From: Octopus vulgaris
Lineage: Eukaryota
Length of the DNA: 64,000 bases
Reading direction: 5' to 3'
NCBI GenBank assembly: GCA_951406725.2
Contig: OX597815.1
Location: 191,332,001-191,396,000 of the forward strand
Shown piece after piece: positions 10,256-25,684 of this stretch; within the stretch, counting starts at the first letter, position 1; each line of letters opens with the position of its first letter. Position numbers and translations under genes: made by a program. Under the pieces are notes generated by a model. That model was given only the letters and a program-made list of their open reading frames with translations, did not search any database and had not been told where the DNA came from.

Positions 10256-11605
10256 CCTTAATTCTTGTTTGTAATTCCAAAATGGTGCAAACTTCGTGTC
10301 TTGAAAATAGAAACTAAAATTGAAATATATCTGGTAAAGAAATGAAAACAATTCTCAAAATATCCTGAGAATATAGACCAAGTTTAGTCACAGCAAAAAT
10401 TGGTAATTCAAAATTATATTTTAAAACTACTGTGCTTTAAGTCTGCATGGAGTACGACTTTTAAGCTAGTATTTTATAAAGCAATATGGTGGGGAAATTG
10501 TCTTATCATTGCTGTGAATATACATAACTTAGTAAAGATAAATGTTCTACTAGAAAGGTGATGCTGGTTTGCAGGAATGATGTGGCCCAAATGAGCTACG
10601 GTATTAGCTGTAGCATGTTAAAAAGAAAACTACACTATGGTACAGGCATGAGGTTTTCATAAAGCAGATGACAAGAATTACATCAGAGGATGAGACACAA
10701 CAGAGAAAAAGTTCTGTCCAATCCATGCAAGCATGGGAAAGTGGTTGGAAACTCAAAACGATGATTCATATTTAAACATGGTTATTTGAAATGTTTGACA
10801 TTTTTCTTACAAAATCTAAATCATATTTTAAAAGAACACCCACTACACTCACGGAGTGGTTGGCGTTAGGAAGGGCATCCAGCCGTAGAAACACTGCCAG
10901 ATCTGACTGGGCCTGACGAAGCCTTCCAGCTTCACAGACCCCAGTTGAACCGTCCAACCCATGCTAGCATGGAAAGCGGACGCTAAATGATGATGATGAT
11001 GATGATGATGATGTTGCCCTGTGAAAACCAGTTTAATTTTTCCTTTTTTTTTTATTTAAAAAACAATTGGAGGTAATTAATTAATGTCATATTTTGTGAT
11101 ATAAAACAAAAATTTGCAGATCCAGTTTTAGGCGTCACGAATGATTTTGAGTTGTCGCCCTTGTCTTTTGATGAATCTTTCAGTGTTTATCATTCATCAT
11201 TGCAAGTCCACCGGCAGTGCCCCAGCTTGGCCGCAATTGAAACAAATCGAATGTAGAAGTTAAAAGTATTAAGAAAAACAAATGTGGAGATAAAATTAAT
11301 TTGCCTCTTATATATTGTATTCGGGGAAAGGCATGAACATCGCACAGTTGCGTTTATTTCTCCTTCACAAATCTGAAGCCATTTGTTTTTTGGAAAAGAT
11401 CCTGTTTTTTTTTTATTCACTGAAATCATTAATAATTATTATTATGACTGAGGAGAGCAATTTCTACGCAACTAATAACAGCGATGACATGAAGCTAGAA
11501 GAAACTACGTAACTAAGGCGATAAATGTTGTATTGAGCTTTTAATACTTTTCTCTACACGTGTTTAGGAAGTTTGTTAATTGGTTTCACCTTTTGCTTAA
11601 TTGCG

Positions 11606-11663
11606 ATGCCTAAAGTTAAACCCGAAAAGAAGTTTCGAAAACATGAAGAAATCCAAAAGCAAG
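11606..11663 (+). CDS. DIMT1: DIMT1 exon 1 (MPKVKPEKKFRKHEEIQKQ)
   Basis: ATG at 11606, donor G|GTAAGT, typical MPKVK N-terminus. Confidence 0.92.
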
Positions 11664-13142
11664 GTAAGTTTAACAATGAATTGTACTTCATAATTTTATT
11701 ATTATCCTACATTTCTAAATGAATGAAAAGAAAAAAAAACTACGACATTTCAATTATTTCTTCGAATTTAAATTTAGTTTTCTCAAACAATGTATTTATT
11801 TATGGTATACTCTTTTACTTATTTTAGTCATTTGACTGTAGCCATGCTGGAGCACCGCCTTTACTCGAGCACATCGACCCCAGGACTTATTCTTTGTAAG
11901 CCTAGTACTTATTCTATCGGTCTGTTTTGCCGAACCGCTAATATTACGGGGACGTAATCTCACCAGCATCGGTTGTCAAGCGATGTTGGGGGAACAAACA
12001 CATACGACGGGCTTCTTTCGGTTTCCGTCTACCAAATCCACTCACAAGGCTTTGGTTGGCCCGAGGCTATAGTAGAAGACACTTGCCGACGGTGCCACGC
12101 AGTGGGACTGAACCTGGAACCATGTAGTTCGTAAGCAAGCTACTTACCACACAGACACTCCTAACGAAAGAATGCCTTATTTATTGTGATGGAGAAATCT
12201 TTGCACTGGCATTGCCAACGTTTACCAAGCCCTGCGATTATGTTGTGATAGACTAATTTCACGACATGTGTCTCATAGATGCAAACTTATTCCTTAATTT
12301 CTTATCGACAAAATTTTACATTCAAACTTTTAAAACAATCACTTTGAAATACTTTACTCTTTACATTCACTCATTGTTAAATAAGTTACAACTCTTCAAT
12401 GTTAAGATCCCGTATGCTGAGTATGTAAACATTGCGTTACTGTTGAGTAACTATTACTGACACAAACGTCGTCCTTGCTGAAAATACTCAATTTTAGTAA
12501 ATGGGGATCATCAATAATACTCTTTAAAAGGATAGGATTTTCCAGAGAACACACACATACATATATATAAAGGCGTAGGAGTGGCTGTGTGGTAAGTAGC
12601 TTGCTTTCCAACCACATGGTTCCGGGTTCAGTCCCACTGCGTGGCACCTTGGGCAAGTGTCTTCTACCATAGCCTCGGGCCGACCAAAGCCTTGTGAGTG
12701 GATTTGGTGGACGGAAACTGAAAGAAGCCCGTCGTATATATGTGTGTGTGTGTGTGTGTTTGCCCCCCCCCCCCCCCAACATCGCTTGACAACCGATGGT
12801 TCGGCAATAGAGACCGATAGAATAAGTACTAGGCTTCCAAAGAATAAGTCCTGGGGTCGATTTGCTTTCGACTAAAGGTGGTGCTCCAGCATGGCTGCAG
12901 TCAAATGACTGAAACAAGTAAAAGAGTATATATATATTTTTTATCCTGAGGCGTGGCACTCTGGAAATGTAAAATGCAGTTTGTTGGTACTGGTGAAAAC
13001 CGAAAGTAGTTGGGGTATCCATTTTTGTCAAGAGTTAAACGATCTTAACTGGAATGAAGTACAAAATTGAAGGCTGTGTCTATCTATCTAAATAGATTTC
13101 TACGTCGCAACTGTACCGGTTATTCCTCCCTTTTTCCGCCCA

Positions 13143-13560
13143 CTATTCCTGGTAGGATGATGGGGGTAGAGTCCTCAGGCATCTCCTCCATTGGATCCTA
13201 TCCGAAACATTTCTCATTACCCTTTCCGACTGGATTCCCAAGCGTGACCATCTAAGACTAGATATTTTCCAACCATTTCGTTCTTGGTCTACTCCTAGGT
13301 TTCCTGCTAGTTGACTGGCTTGAAGACATTCTCTTGCGAGTCTTTCCTGCGATATTCTAATCACATGTCCGTAGTACGGAAGCTATAAACTCACGATGCG
13401 GAAAAGTAGCGATTCGACCGGGTGAGACTCTGATTTCCGAACTAGGAACTCAAGTAACGATACTTCAAAGATCCCTCAGGGAACTGCTTCTATTCACGAT
13501 TGAACTCTTTCAGTCATTACCTAACATTTATAACGATAGGTGAGGACAGGCACGAACACC
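13143..13560 (-). mobile_element. RTE-type LINE 3' fragment, decayed
   Basis: Minus strand reads YYGHVIRISQERLAR...GRPRTKW...DRIQWRR with a frameshift, typical of an RTE C-terminus. Confidence 0.6.
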
Positions 13561-13718
13561 AAATTGAAGATAGCAAGTTTCGTTTGTTTACACTATTTAA
13601 AAAAAAATTTCGATATAGGAAATGTTTAAAGCAACCAAACATTTGATTGTAATTTTTACTGTATACTTTAACACTTTTCAGTTCAGTTTTTATGTTCTGT
13701 TACATTCTTCTCTTTCAG

Positions 13719-13792
13719 GAATTGCATTCAATAAAACTATTGGACAGCATATCCTGAAGAATCCACTCGTAGTAAAAACCATGGTGGAAAAG
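13719..13792 (+). CDS. DIMT1: DIMT1 exon 2 (GIAFNKTIGQHILKNPLVVKTMVEK)
   Basis: TTTCAG| acceptor, AAG|GTAATG donor, GQHILKNP motif. Confidence 0.95.
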
Positions 13793-14028
13793 GTAATGCA
13801 AGTAAAATCTTCTGTTTGTCTTGAGTTTTCCAAATGTAATTTTTTAACTTTGTGGACGCTGACTGGCTCCCATGCCGGTGGCACGTAAAAAGCACCATCT
13901 GAAAGTGGTCGATGCCAGTGCTCCTTGACTGGCTCCTGTGCCAGTGGCACGTAAAAAAACCCCACTACACTCTTGGATGTGGATGGCATTAGGAAGGGCA
14001 TCCAGCTGTAGAAAACTTACCAGATTTT

Positions 14029-14262
14029 AAGGTGGCAAGCTGGCAGAAACGTTAGCGCGCCAGGTGAAATGCTTTACGATATTTCGTTTGCCGTTATGTT
14101 CTGAGTTCAAATTCTGCCGAGATCGACTTTGCCTTTCATCCTTTCGGGGTCGATTAAATAAGTACCAGTTACGCACTGGAGTCGATATAATCGACTTAAT
14201 CCGTTTGTCTGTCCTTGTTTGTCCCCTCTATGTTTAGCCCCTTGTGGGCAGTAAAGAAATAA
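14029..14262 (+). mobile_element. tRNA-derived SINE family C, nested in a family B copy
   Basis: GCTGGCAGAAACGTTAGC...GAGTTCAAATTC head and GCCTTTCATCCTTTCGGGGTCGAT core, flanked by an imperfect duplication GAAA.CTT.CCAGAT. Other copies at ~20510-20700, 22221-22448(-), 29622-29853(-), 35440-35635(-), 38780-39260. Confidence 0.8.
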
Positions 14263-15975
14263 GAAACCTTGCCAGATCAGATTGGAGCCTGGTGCAGCCT
14301 CCTGGCTTGCCAGTCCTCAGTCAAACTGTCCCACCCATGCTTGCAGGGAAAGCAGACATTAAACAATGATGATGATGAATCCTTTAATGTGCTGTCTTGG
14401 TTTTGTCTTGTTCTTAATTACTTACAACTTCCCTTACTCCTCTTAACTTCCCTTACTTCATTCTCCTTCTTTACCTTCCTTACTTCTGATATTAATGCTG
14501 TTACCCTGTTGTCTTACTGTACTATAATCCTTTGACATTCAGTTTCTCTCTAACCAGCTCTGTTTTCTGCCACTGTTATGGCCTCAATCCAGCTTCACGC
14601 TTATTTATTCAAATTGCTTTGAATTAATGGTGGATTTATCTCATAGCTATGAGATTTTGATGATGGAGTTGTTTATTTCTAGAATGACATTGCAGGGCAG
14701 ATTTAAGAAACTGGATCTGGCCAGCTTGAAAATAAAATCAGTAGAATAATATTTGGACTGGATATGGCCAGTTTTAGTGCTAAAGGATTAAACCAAGTAT
14801 CAGTTTGACCCTTTAGCATTTAAACCAGCCATATCCGGCCAAAAGTATTCTGCCTGTTTTATGTTCAAACTGGCCAGATCTGGTCTCTCACACCAACCCT
14901 ACAATATCATCATCATCATTTAACATCCGCTTTCCATGCTGGCATGGGTTGGACGGTTCAGCTGGGGTCTGGGAAGCCAGGAGGCTGCACCAGGCTCCAG
15001 TCTAATCTGGCAGTGTTTCTACAGCTGGATGCCCTTCCTAATGCCAAGCACTCCGTGAGTGTAGTGTGTGCTTTTTACGTGCCACCAGCACAGGTGCCAG
15101 ACAGCCATGATCGGATGGTGCTTTTTACGTGCCACCAGCACGGGGACCAGACGAAGCTGGCAACGGCCATGGTCAGATAGTGCTTTTTATGTGCCACCGG
15201 CACGGAAGCCAGTCGGGCAGCGCTGGCTACGGCCACGTTCGGATGGTTCTCTTACATGCCACTGGCACTGGTATCACAGCTACAAATTCCATTGATGTTG
15301 ATAGATTATGATTTTGATTTTGAAAAATTAACATTTACCTCATCAAAATCGCATAGCTACAAGATAATGCATGATTAGTTCAAAACAATGTGGATAAAAA
15401 AGCATTAATTTTGGCAGAATGTGAACACTAACAGGTTAATGTTTGTTTTGAAAAGCTATTCGATTTAGTTCTGTGGATAATTGTACACTGTGATTATATA
15501 ATGATAAAGTGAGGTTTAGTTATAAGTGGATTATAAAGGCTTCTGTTAATAATGATTTTAAATTTTAGACACAAGGCCAGCAATTTCAAGGGAGGTGGTT
15601 AAGTCGATTACACTGACCCCAGTGGTCAACTGGTACTTATTTTACAGACCCCGAATTGATGAAAGCAAAGTTGACCTCAGCTGAATTTGAACTCTGAACT
15701 TTAAAGATGGATGAAATGCTGCTAAGCATTTTGCCTGGTTTACTAACAATCCTGCCAGCTCAGAATATTACTTGTATGATACTCTCTCTTTTACTTGTTT
15801 CAGTCTTTTGACTGCAGCCATGCTGGAGCACCTCCTTTAGTCGAGTAAATCAACCCCAGGACTTATTCTTTTTAATCCTAGTACTTATTCTATCAGTTTC
15901 TTTTGCTGAACTGCTAATAAGTTACGGGGACATAAACACACCAGCATCGGTTGTCAAACGATGCTGGGGGGACAA

Positions 15976-16008
<33 letters not shown>

Positions 16009-16241
16009 CATATATACGCCGGGTTTCTTTTCAGTTCCCGTCTACCAAATCCACTCAAAAGGCTCTGGTCAGCCCGAGGCTATAGTAGAAGACACTTGCC
16101 CAAGGTGCCACACAGTGGGACTGAACCCGGAACAATGTGGTTGGTAAGCAAGCTACTTACCACACAGCCACTCCTGCACCTATGATACTCTACAACTATT
16201 ATGATCATTGCCTTTTATCTGTTTTTCCTTTCAATTTATAG

Positions 16242-16400
<159 letters not shown>

Positions 16401-16608
16401 TAGAAGGCTACACATATCCTGTTGTTACTAACTTCGCATTGTATCTATTGCAAATGGATTTAATTTCCAAATAGCTCAGTCTACTTAAGTACTAAATAGG
16501 TACCACAGATGATAGAGTTTATGGATTTTGATGGTGAAACCCACTGTTTAAGTCCTTCATTATTTCTCTTATTTGCATTTAAAATTTTTTTTACTAAATT
16601 TTCTTCAG

Positions 16609-16670
16609 GTCACTGCATGTGAAGTTGACCCCAGACTAGCAGCAGAATTACAAAAACGTATTCAAGGAAC
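16609..16670 (+). CDS. DIMT1: DIMT1 exon 4 (VTACEVDPRLAAELQKRIQG)
   Basis: TTCAG| acceptor, |GTAAGT donor, phase consistent. Confidence 0.96.
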
Positions 16671-17793
16671 GTAAGTTTATATTTGTTCTTTATTAATAAT
16701 AATAATAATAATAATCCTATAAGCATAATTCCTGAAATTTGTGGGGATGGGACTAGTCAATTACATTGACCCCCAGTATGCAACTGGTACTTATTTTATC
16801 AACCCTGAAAGGATGAAAGGCAAAGTTGATTGTGGTGAAATCTGAATTCATAATGTATAAAGGTGCGAGATGGTGCTAAGCATTTTGTTGATTGTGTTAA
16901 TGATTCTGCCACCTCACCCACTTGATGATAAGACTTAATTTTAAAAAATTGGGGAATAAAAAGACTTTGGCTGTTGAAGAAGATCATCACCATCGTCGTT
17001 TAATGTCCACTTTCCATACTGGCATGGGTTGGATGGTTTGACAGGACTGGCAAGCCAGAAGGCTGTACCAGGCTCCAATTATCTGATTTGGCATGGTTTC
17101 TACAGCTTGATGCCCTTCCTGACACCAACCACTCCAAGGGTGTAGTGGGTGCTTTTAACATGCCAGTCAGGCGGTACGGGCATCGACCACGCTTGAATGG
17201 TGCTTTTTACATGCCACCGGCATGGGAGCCAGTCAGATGAGTGTTATATTGGTTGTAGATGGCTCAGGTATTCTAAGTACAAAGCTCGCAGCTGGATTGA
17301 CAAGATAGGAGTAAATGTAAAGACCGAGCAAGTACTGCAAACTAACTTAAGTCATCTCTTTCTAGCTATCAACTATTCTTTCTATATGGTCTGCCACTGA
17401 CCATGAGAACAACTCAAAGTTGATGGCTAAAAACAGGTGACCTAGTTCTGTATAAATTCCACACTGACCCGATTCTACCCCCTTTTTTTTCTTTTCTATT
17501 TTTTTGCCAGTTGATTTGTTTATTCCACTGAGGGTAAAATGTGTAAGTGTAAATTTCTTTACAAATGGAGAAGACCCATATTAGTCAGGCAAGCATGGGA
17601 AAATTGTCATAACAAGTATTACAGTCATCTCTACAGATTTTCAATAGAAATTATAACCAGCACTGATTTTGTTACGATATTTCATATCTGAGACGTCAAG
17701 CATGTGTCTACAAGTTATTAACATCTCATGACAGGATGATATCACTAAGAAGATTTCTTGCTCAAAGTTTGAAGTATGATTAACATGAAATAA

Positions 17794-17922
<129 letters not shown>

Positions 17923-18364
17923 TGATGGCTAACTTTCAAAATATTCTTGAATATCCTTTTGTTTTTCTGCTGGTTTTTAGTCATTGAACTGTGGCCAAGC
18001 TGGAGTGCTGCCTCTGGGATTAGAAGTTGATTAGATCTGTTTTGCAGGACACCAGCACCTGGACTGGTGTCACATAAAAAGCACCCAGTACACTTTGTTA
18101 AGGGGTTGGTGTTAGAAAGGGCATCTAGCTGTAGAAATTATGCCGAAACAGACAGTTGCATCCAGGTACAGTTCCCTGGCTTGCCAGCTCCTGTCAAACC
18201 GTCCAACCCATGCCAGAACGGAAAATGGACGTTAGATGATGGTTTCTTTAGGGAAGACAAACGAAAACAAACAAAATCAACCAGACGTAAAGGGAAGTAA
18301 GTGCGGTAGAAAGGAAAATCTCAAGCTCTTTTTATTCAACATATCAATTATGCATCCCACACAG

Positions 18365-18395
<31 letters not shown>

Positions 18396-18850
18396 TAATA
18401 TGATCCTTTCTGCTATAGGCACAAGTCTTGAAACTTTTGGTGGTGTGAGGGCAAGTCATTTACAATGACCCCAGTGCTCAACTGGTAATTATCAACCTCA
18501 GCAGAATTTGAAATCAGAACGTACAGATGGACAAAATGCTGCTAAGCATTTTGTCTGGTATGCTTCCAATTCTACCAACTTGCTGCCTTAAATGTATATA
18601 ACATAACATACTATATGTGTGTGTGAGTGTGAGGGCCTGCTCAGTTTATGTCCACCAAATTTCTCTTGTAAGTCTTTAATAGAAGCAACTTGCCCTGGTA
18701 CCACACACTAGGATTGAACCTAGGACTGTGTGATTGCAAACTGAGCAGCCATTCGTTCTACGTAAAAAATAATGCTCTTAATATAATTAAGAAATTTAAT
18801 GTTTCGTTTGAATTTTGTTGTCTTCCTTCAAAGTGTAGTTTGGTAGAATC

Positions 18851-19321
18851 TTAACCCTTTTGATAGCAACCCGGCTGAAACAGCCTCTGACTCTGTAGTA
18901 CAAATATCTTCTTTTCATAAGTTCTAAATTAAAATCTTCCGCCAAACCTTAGTCGTAATTTATGTTCCTAACACTAGCTTAATGATAACTAAGATATTTT
19001 ACTAAATTTTTTGTTATATTTAAAATTGATTGACAGAAACACAGAGCACCTCAACAGAAATATGGTAACAAAAGGGTTAACAAATGATTAATTTAACCCA
19101 TTTGGTACCAACCTTGCTGAAACCACCTCTGGCTCTGTAGTACAAATGTCTTGTTTTCAAAAGTTCTGAATTAAAATCTTCCACCAAACCTTTAGTCACA
19201 ATTTATGTTCCTAACACCAGCTTAATGATAACAGTTATTTTATTAAATTCTTTGTTATATTTAAAATTGATTGAAAGAAACACAAAACATCTCAACAGAA
19301 ATATGGTAACAAAAGGGCTAA
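18851..19321 (-). mobile_element. piggyBac-type MITE dimer (~220-bp units)
   Basis: TTAA-CCC...GGG-TTAA units separated by CAAATGATTAAT. Same family as 52584-53013, 54186-54880 and the interrupted copy at ~32557-33038. Confidence 0.75.
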
Positions 19322-19456
19322 TGTGAATTTAAAAGAATCCACTAAAATATTGTCTGCAGAGAAAGAGTTTTTTTCAGAAACCAAGTCGAAATAGACACTA
19401 TGTTGTCTTTTTTTTGTATTTCTTTATTAATATCTTTTCTCTCATTTATATTTCAG

Positions 19457-19506
19457 ATTTCATCTCCTTTCGTATTCAAATTATTATTGCACAGACCTTT
19501 TTTCCG
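19457..19506 (+). CDS. DIMT1: DIMT1 exon 6 (ISSPFVFKLLLHRPFFR)
   Basis: Highly conserved peptide, TTTCAG| and |GTGAGA borders. Confidence 0.96.
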
Positions 19507-20923
19507 GTGAGAATCTTTTTACTCTTTTCTTTTCTCCGCATCAGCAAACTAGTCTACTGTTGCATTGTGAGCCATATGAACCAGATGCACGTTTCCCAGA
19601 GTTGTTCAGCTTTCATAGCTCCAGTTTTCTTGAGAAAATAGTTTTAGAGATCATGAAGGGCAAACAAATCCATCATTCATGATTATTCAAAGTTATTTCT
19701 ACTTTTAACCTCAGGAGGATGCCTTTCCCAGCTGGTTATTCAAGGCAATCTGCACCCAATACATATTGCAAGCAGGGGAGTGAACCCTTACCATCTTCCA
19801 GCTACAACAACACCAGCCTGTATGGTTTCAACCTCTTTGTGGTCATCCTTGTGTTGAATACTCGTCCGCCAGAGATAGCAGTAGTTCACCCCCACAGCTT
19901 GCAGTATATAGAAAAATAGATACACAGTCACTGATCTTGCAACAAGCAAATTAGCTATTCTGAGGAATGCAGTTTTAGGAGAGGAGGACTGGAGGAATTG
20001 TTTAGTAGACTGTCCAGGAAGTGGAGCACAATAAGAGTGTGGAGAAGAGAAATTAGCTTTCATCTCCTAAAAGAGACGAAAGCAGTAACTATACCGAGAA
20101 GTAGTATTTATCGCCACTTAAACATAGCTGTTCCATAGGAACTGACATTACTGCTATTTTTAACCCCAGGAGGACGCCTCATCCAGCTGGTTATTTGATA
20201 CAATCTGCACCTATGGAACAGCCAAGTTTAAGCAGCGATAAAAACTACTTCTCAGTATTAGTTACTGCTTTCACTTCTTATAGAGATTTCTTAAAAAAGC
20301 TGATTTGCTTTTCCAAAGTTCATTTTCTTGTATTACATGAAGCTCTTCAATCTGTGCATATACTTTACATGTTGTGTTCAGATCTTACCAGAAATATAAT
20401 TTGGAGACAAATGGTCTTCTGGTTGGCCTAACCTAGGAACATACACTGTATGATGTGATCCTCATGTGTGACCCTAATAGTGCCACATAAACAGCATCAA
20501 TGCAAAACATTCGCATGCCGGGCGAAGTGCTTACATTCTGAGTTAAAAATTCCGCCAAGTTTGACTTTGCCTTTCATCCTTTCGGGGTCGATAAATTAAG
20601 TACCAGTTTCGCACTGGGGTCGATGTAATCGACTTAATCCTTTTGTCTGTCCTTGTTTATTCCCTCTATGTTTAGCCCCTTGTTGGCAGTGAAGAAATAA
20701 TAAACAGCATCAGTGCTGGTGTCACATAAAAAGCACTGGTACTGGTAGCACGTTAAAAGCACCCAGTTTACTCTGTAAAGTGGTTAGTGTTAGGAAGGAC
20801 ATTCAACCATAGAAACCATGCCAAAACACACAATGGAGCCTGGTATGATCCCTGGTGTTGTTAGCTCCTGTCAAAGCTATACCAGCATGGAAAGCTGACA
20901 TCAAATGGTGATGATAATGATGA

Positions 20924-21226
<303 letters not shown>

Positions 21227-21984
21227 TGACCTTTTTTAAAGCCTGCTTAGGTTTTTGAGTAGAGACAAGTGGATGAGGTTATGGCTCAGTTTGTGATTAA
21301 TGGTTAGTGGAGGGGAAACATGAGAAGTGAGTTTCTGAGGAATGCAGTTTTAGGAGAGGAGGACTGGAGGAATTATACAGTTCTATATTTAAGAAATGAG
21401 GAATTATTTACATTATTTCCATTCGATGGATATTTGTCCTCATCTTGTTTGTTGTTAACACGTTTCAGCTAATATACCCTCTGCCCTTCATCAGGTGTCT
21501 TGGAGAAATTCCGAACCTGGGTTCTCATTCCTAAGGTATTTTTCAATGTTATATATATATATGAATTAAAATCTTCATGCATTATTTGATTAGGTAGACA
21601 TTTAGCTTATATATATAAACTAAAAGTCCACCTAATTAAATAATGTATGAAGCTTTTAATGAAATTAAATTTCTATCTAAATAGTTCAGCTTCTCTCTAC
21701 CTTTTCCCACTTTATGGTTCTTTGACATACTTTCTTTCTTCAGATAATTAAAATATTTACTTTATTTCACAAAATTGATTTGCACATAAAATTCCTATTG
21801 CTTTTTGTCTTTAATTCTTTTTATAAAACATCCATTTATCCCATTTCTCACTTAATTCCTTATACCTCTGCAGTCTTGAATATTTCATATTTAAAAATAT
21901 CCTAGAGATTGACTCTCTGAAATTAGCTACAAAGCAGTTGGTATTGCAGGGATTAACAGCACATATTCTTATGTTTGTTATTAG

Positions 21985-22149
<165 letters not shown>

Positions 22150-25128
22150 TAAAGACTTTACTGTTGCATAAGTGTTTTCTACTATCGCTTCAGGGCCAAC
22201 CAAAGAAGCCCATCATATATATTTCTTTACTACCCACAAGAGGCTAAACACAGAGGAGACAAATAAGGACAGACAAAGGGATTAAGTCGATTACATCGAC
22301 CCCAGTGCGTAACTGGTACTTAATTTATTGACCCCGGAAGGATGAAAGGCAAAGTCGACCTCGGCGGAATTTGAACTCAACGTAACAGCAGACGAAATAC
22401 GGCAACGCATTTCGCCCGGCATGCTAACGTTTCTGCCAGCTCACCGCCATATCATATATGTGTGTTACTGCATTCTCACCTTGATTTTGTATGATAGGTG
22501 TTAACGAGTATCACTAGCATGCAAGCAGTGCCCTCTGTTCCAGTTTCCTGTTAAGACATGTCTGGTCATCTCTATAGCTATAAACGGCAAAATGTCTGTG
22601 TGTCCTTTATACAAATCCACAGTTTTTCATGTAAAAGACTCACATTTTCTATGGGCTTTCAAAACTGTCTGAGGGTGGTCGTGAAGATCTTTTCATTTCC
22701 CCAGTCACCCCAGAAAGCTATTTTAAAAAAAATTGATAAACTGACCCCTTATACCCATAAATTATGGGCATATCCATTCAAAATTGCTAAAACATAGAAA
22801 TTTGTACGTGGTGCGTGCGTACAGCTAGATACGCCAATAGACTGCCAGCTATTTTTTGATTGGACGGAGATAATTTTACCCTTGACAGTTGAATGCACGT
22901 GTGCATTTGCAGACAGTCTGTATGACTCAGTGCATTTTTGTGTTTTGGCTTTCAAATGTGCAAGCTTCTTTGACTTGAGAAATGCAGGGAATAATTAACG
23001 AGTTAGACCGAGTGACTGACAAGAGAGTGGGATTTTCATGAAAGACCAAATATGCTTGACTATAGTGCTAGTGGAGAAATATTACCTTAGTTGGAAACAG
23101 GTGAGGGTTGATGACAAGAAGGGTATCTGGCAGTAATAAAGCCACCTCAACAAATTCCATTTGACCCATGCAAGGATGGAAAAGTGGACATGAATACGAT
23201 GATGATGATGATTTTCAAAATGTGGATTTCAGTATAGTTGTGGATCCATTGTATTTTTTTCTTTTACATACTCTTACTTTTTTACTTGTTTCAGTCATTT
23301 GACTGTGGCCATGCTGGAGCACCACCTTTAGTCGAGCAAATCAACCCCAGGACTTATTCTTTGGAAGCCTAGTATTTATTCTATCGGTCTCTTTTTGCCG
23401 AACTGCTAAGTTATGGGAATGTAAACGCACCAGCACCGGTTGTCAAGCGATGTTGGTGGGACAAACAGAGACACATACATATATATACGACAGGCTTCTT
23501 TCAGTTTCCGTCTACCAAATCCACTCACAAGGTTTGGTCAGCCCAAGACTATAGTAGAAGACACTTGCCCAAGTTGCCACGCAGTGGCTCTGAACCCCGA
23601 ACCATGAGGTTCATAAGCAAGCCACTTACCACACAGCCACTCCTACACCCTGTGAATATTTGTGTTATAAATATTTGTAAGTCAGCCTAGTTGGATGATG
23701 TTACATATTGTTAGCCATCATCGCTTTCAGTATGTCCTGAAGGTTAAGCAACAATGTCATCTAGTGTAGGTTTTCCACCTATAATGAACATTGTTTCTGC
23801 TAACAACCACAGAGCCACTCATGTACCTATATAATAATTCATTCAGAGTATTTTTCTCTCATTGCATCTACATTTTTGATGATTTATTTCTTACAAGAAT
23901 ACAGCCTTTGTGTTTTAATTTTCAAAATAAAAGGCAGCAAGCTGGCAGAATCATTAGCATACCACACAAACTGCTTAACACCACTTCATCTGTCTGTGGG
24001 TTCTGGGTTCAAATTCCACTGAGGTCAACTTTGCTTTTCAAGGTGATGCTCCAGCATGGCCACAGTCTAATGACTGAAACAAGTTAAAGATAAAAGATAA
24101 TGAAGAATTATGTGAGTGTTAGTGAAGTCATCTTCATCAGCATTTAACCTCCTTTTTCCTATGCTGGCATGGATTGGACTGAAATAGCTAATTAAATAAT
24201 TTATTTTATTCTTTTACTTGTTTCAGTCATTTGACTGTGGCCATGCTGGAGCACTGCCTTTAGTTGAACAAATCGACCCCAAGACTTATTCTTTGTAAGC
24301 CTAGAACTTATTCTATCGGTCTCTTTTGCCAAACTGCTAAGTTACAGGGACATAAACACACCAACATTGGTTGTCAAGTGGGGGGGACAAACACAGACAT
24401 ACAAATACATATATAAATAGAGAGAGAGAGACATGACAGGCTTCTTTCAGTTTCCATCTACCAAGTCCATTCACAAGGTTTTGGTCGGCCCAAGGCTATA
24501 GTAGAAGACACTTGCCCTAAGTGCCACACAGTGGGACTGAACTCAGAACCATGTGGTTGGGGAGCAAGCTTCTTACCACACAGCCACTCCTGTGCCTATA
24601 TCATTAATTGAATTTTTTACATGTTGAAATCTATTTCATGTCTGAATCCTTTTTCAGACCAAGAATATATTTGCAACTTCTCTGCTTTAACCCTTTGGTA
24701 TTTAAACCAACCATATCTAACCAAAATATTCTACTTGATTTTATGTTCAAACGAGCCACGACTGGCTTCTCACACCTACCCTACAATGTCATTCTAAAAA
24801 ATAAACAATCGCATCATTGAAATATCACAAGTATGAGATAAGCCATGATTAATTCAAACCAGTGTAACATAATTTAACACTTTGACCAAGAGACTAAAAG
24901 AATAAATACTAGCTTTTTAAAAAGTACTAGGGTCAAAATATTTTCTTCGAGGCTCTGCCCCGGCATGGCCACAGTCTAAAGACTGAAACAAATAAAAAAG
25001 AAATAAGCATTATATCTGACAGAATAATCTGAATCCTAAATGGTTAATAGAGATAGGTTGATGCCAGAAAAGCTTAAGTCATTTCTTCAGATTCTTATCC
25101 TTTTTTTTTTTTTCTTTCCTTCTCCTAG

Positions 25129-25193
25129 GAGTGGGATGCCATGGTTAAAATCTGTTTTTGTAGAAAGAACAAAACACTTTCTGCAGCATTCAA
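25129..25193 (+). CDS. DIMT1: DIMT1 exon 9 (EWDAMVKICFCRKNKTLSAAF)
   Basis: Long polypyrimidine tract with CTAG|, |GTAAGT donor, RKNKT motif. Confidence 0.96.
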
Positions 25194-25339
25194 GTAAGTA
25201 AAACCATTTTTCTTTAAATTCTTTAGTATTTTAAATTGAATTTTCTATAAAATCGTTTACAGTAGCACAAGTCCCTGTGTGTGTATTAGGTTACATTGTG
25301 AATGTTTGGCTGCCAGGAATAAGAAATAAGGATTGTTGC

Positions 25340-25684
25340 CAGAGCAGCCTCCTTATGAGAGCTCAAAATCTCTCGTGGAAGCGTCATCCAACCAAAGTAC
25401 AAATATATGGGAAATTAGCACCTGTGTCATCTCTTGTGAAAGGTAGGAGAGTCCAGTTTGCTGGACATTGTTGTAGAGCTGAAAAAGAGGTAATTTCTAC
25501 TCTTCTCCTCTGGAAGCCATCTACTCGCAATACCAGAGAGTGCGCACTCTCGTACCCTGATGTAATCTCCAAGGATACAGGCATCCAGCAACAGGACCTC
25601 CGTAATGCTATGATGGACAATGAAGTCTGGCGTAGCATGGTAAATTCCTTTGTCTCGACTACGGTCAAACAATGATGATGATGA
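25340..25684 (+). mobile_element. RTE-type LINE 3' end with (GAT)n tail
   Basis: RRVQFAGHCCRAEKE...LLLWKP...DLRNAMMDNEVWRSMV followed by TGATGATGATGA. Confidence 0.75.
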
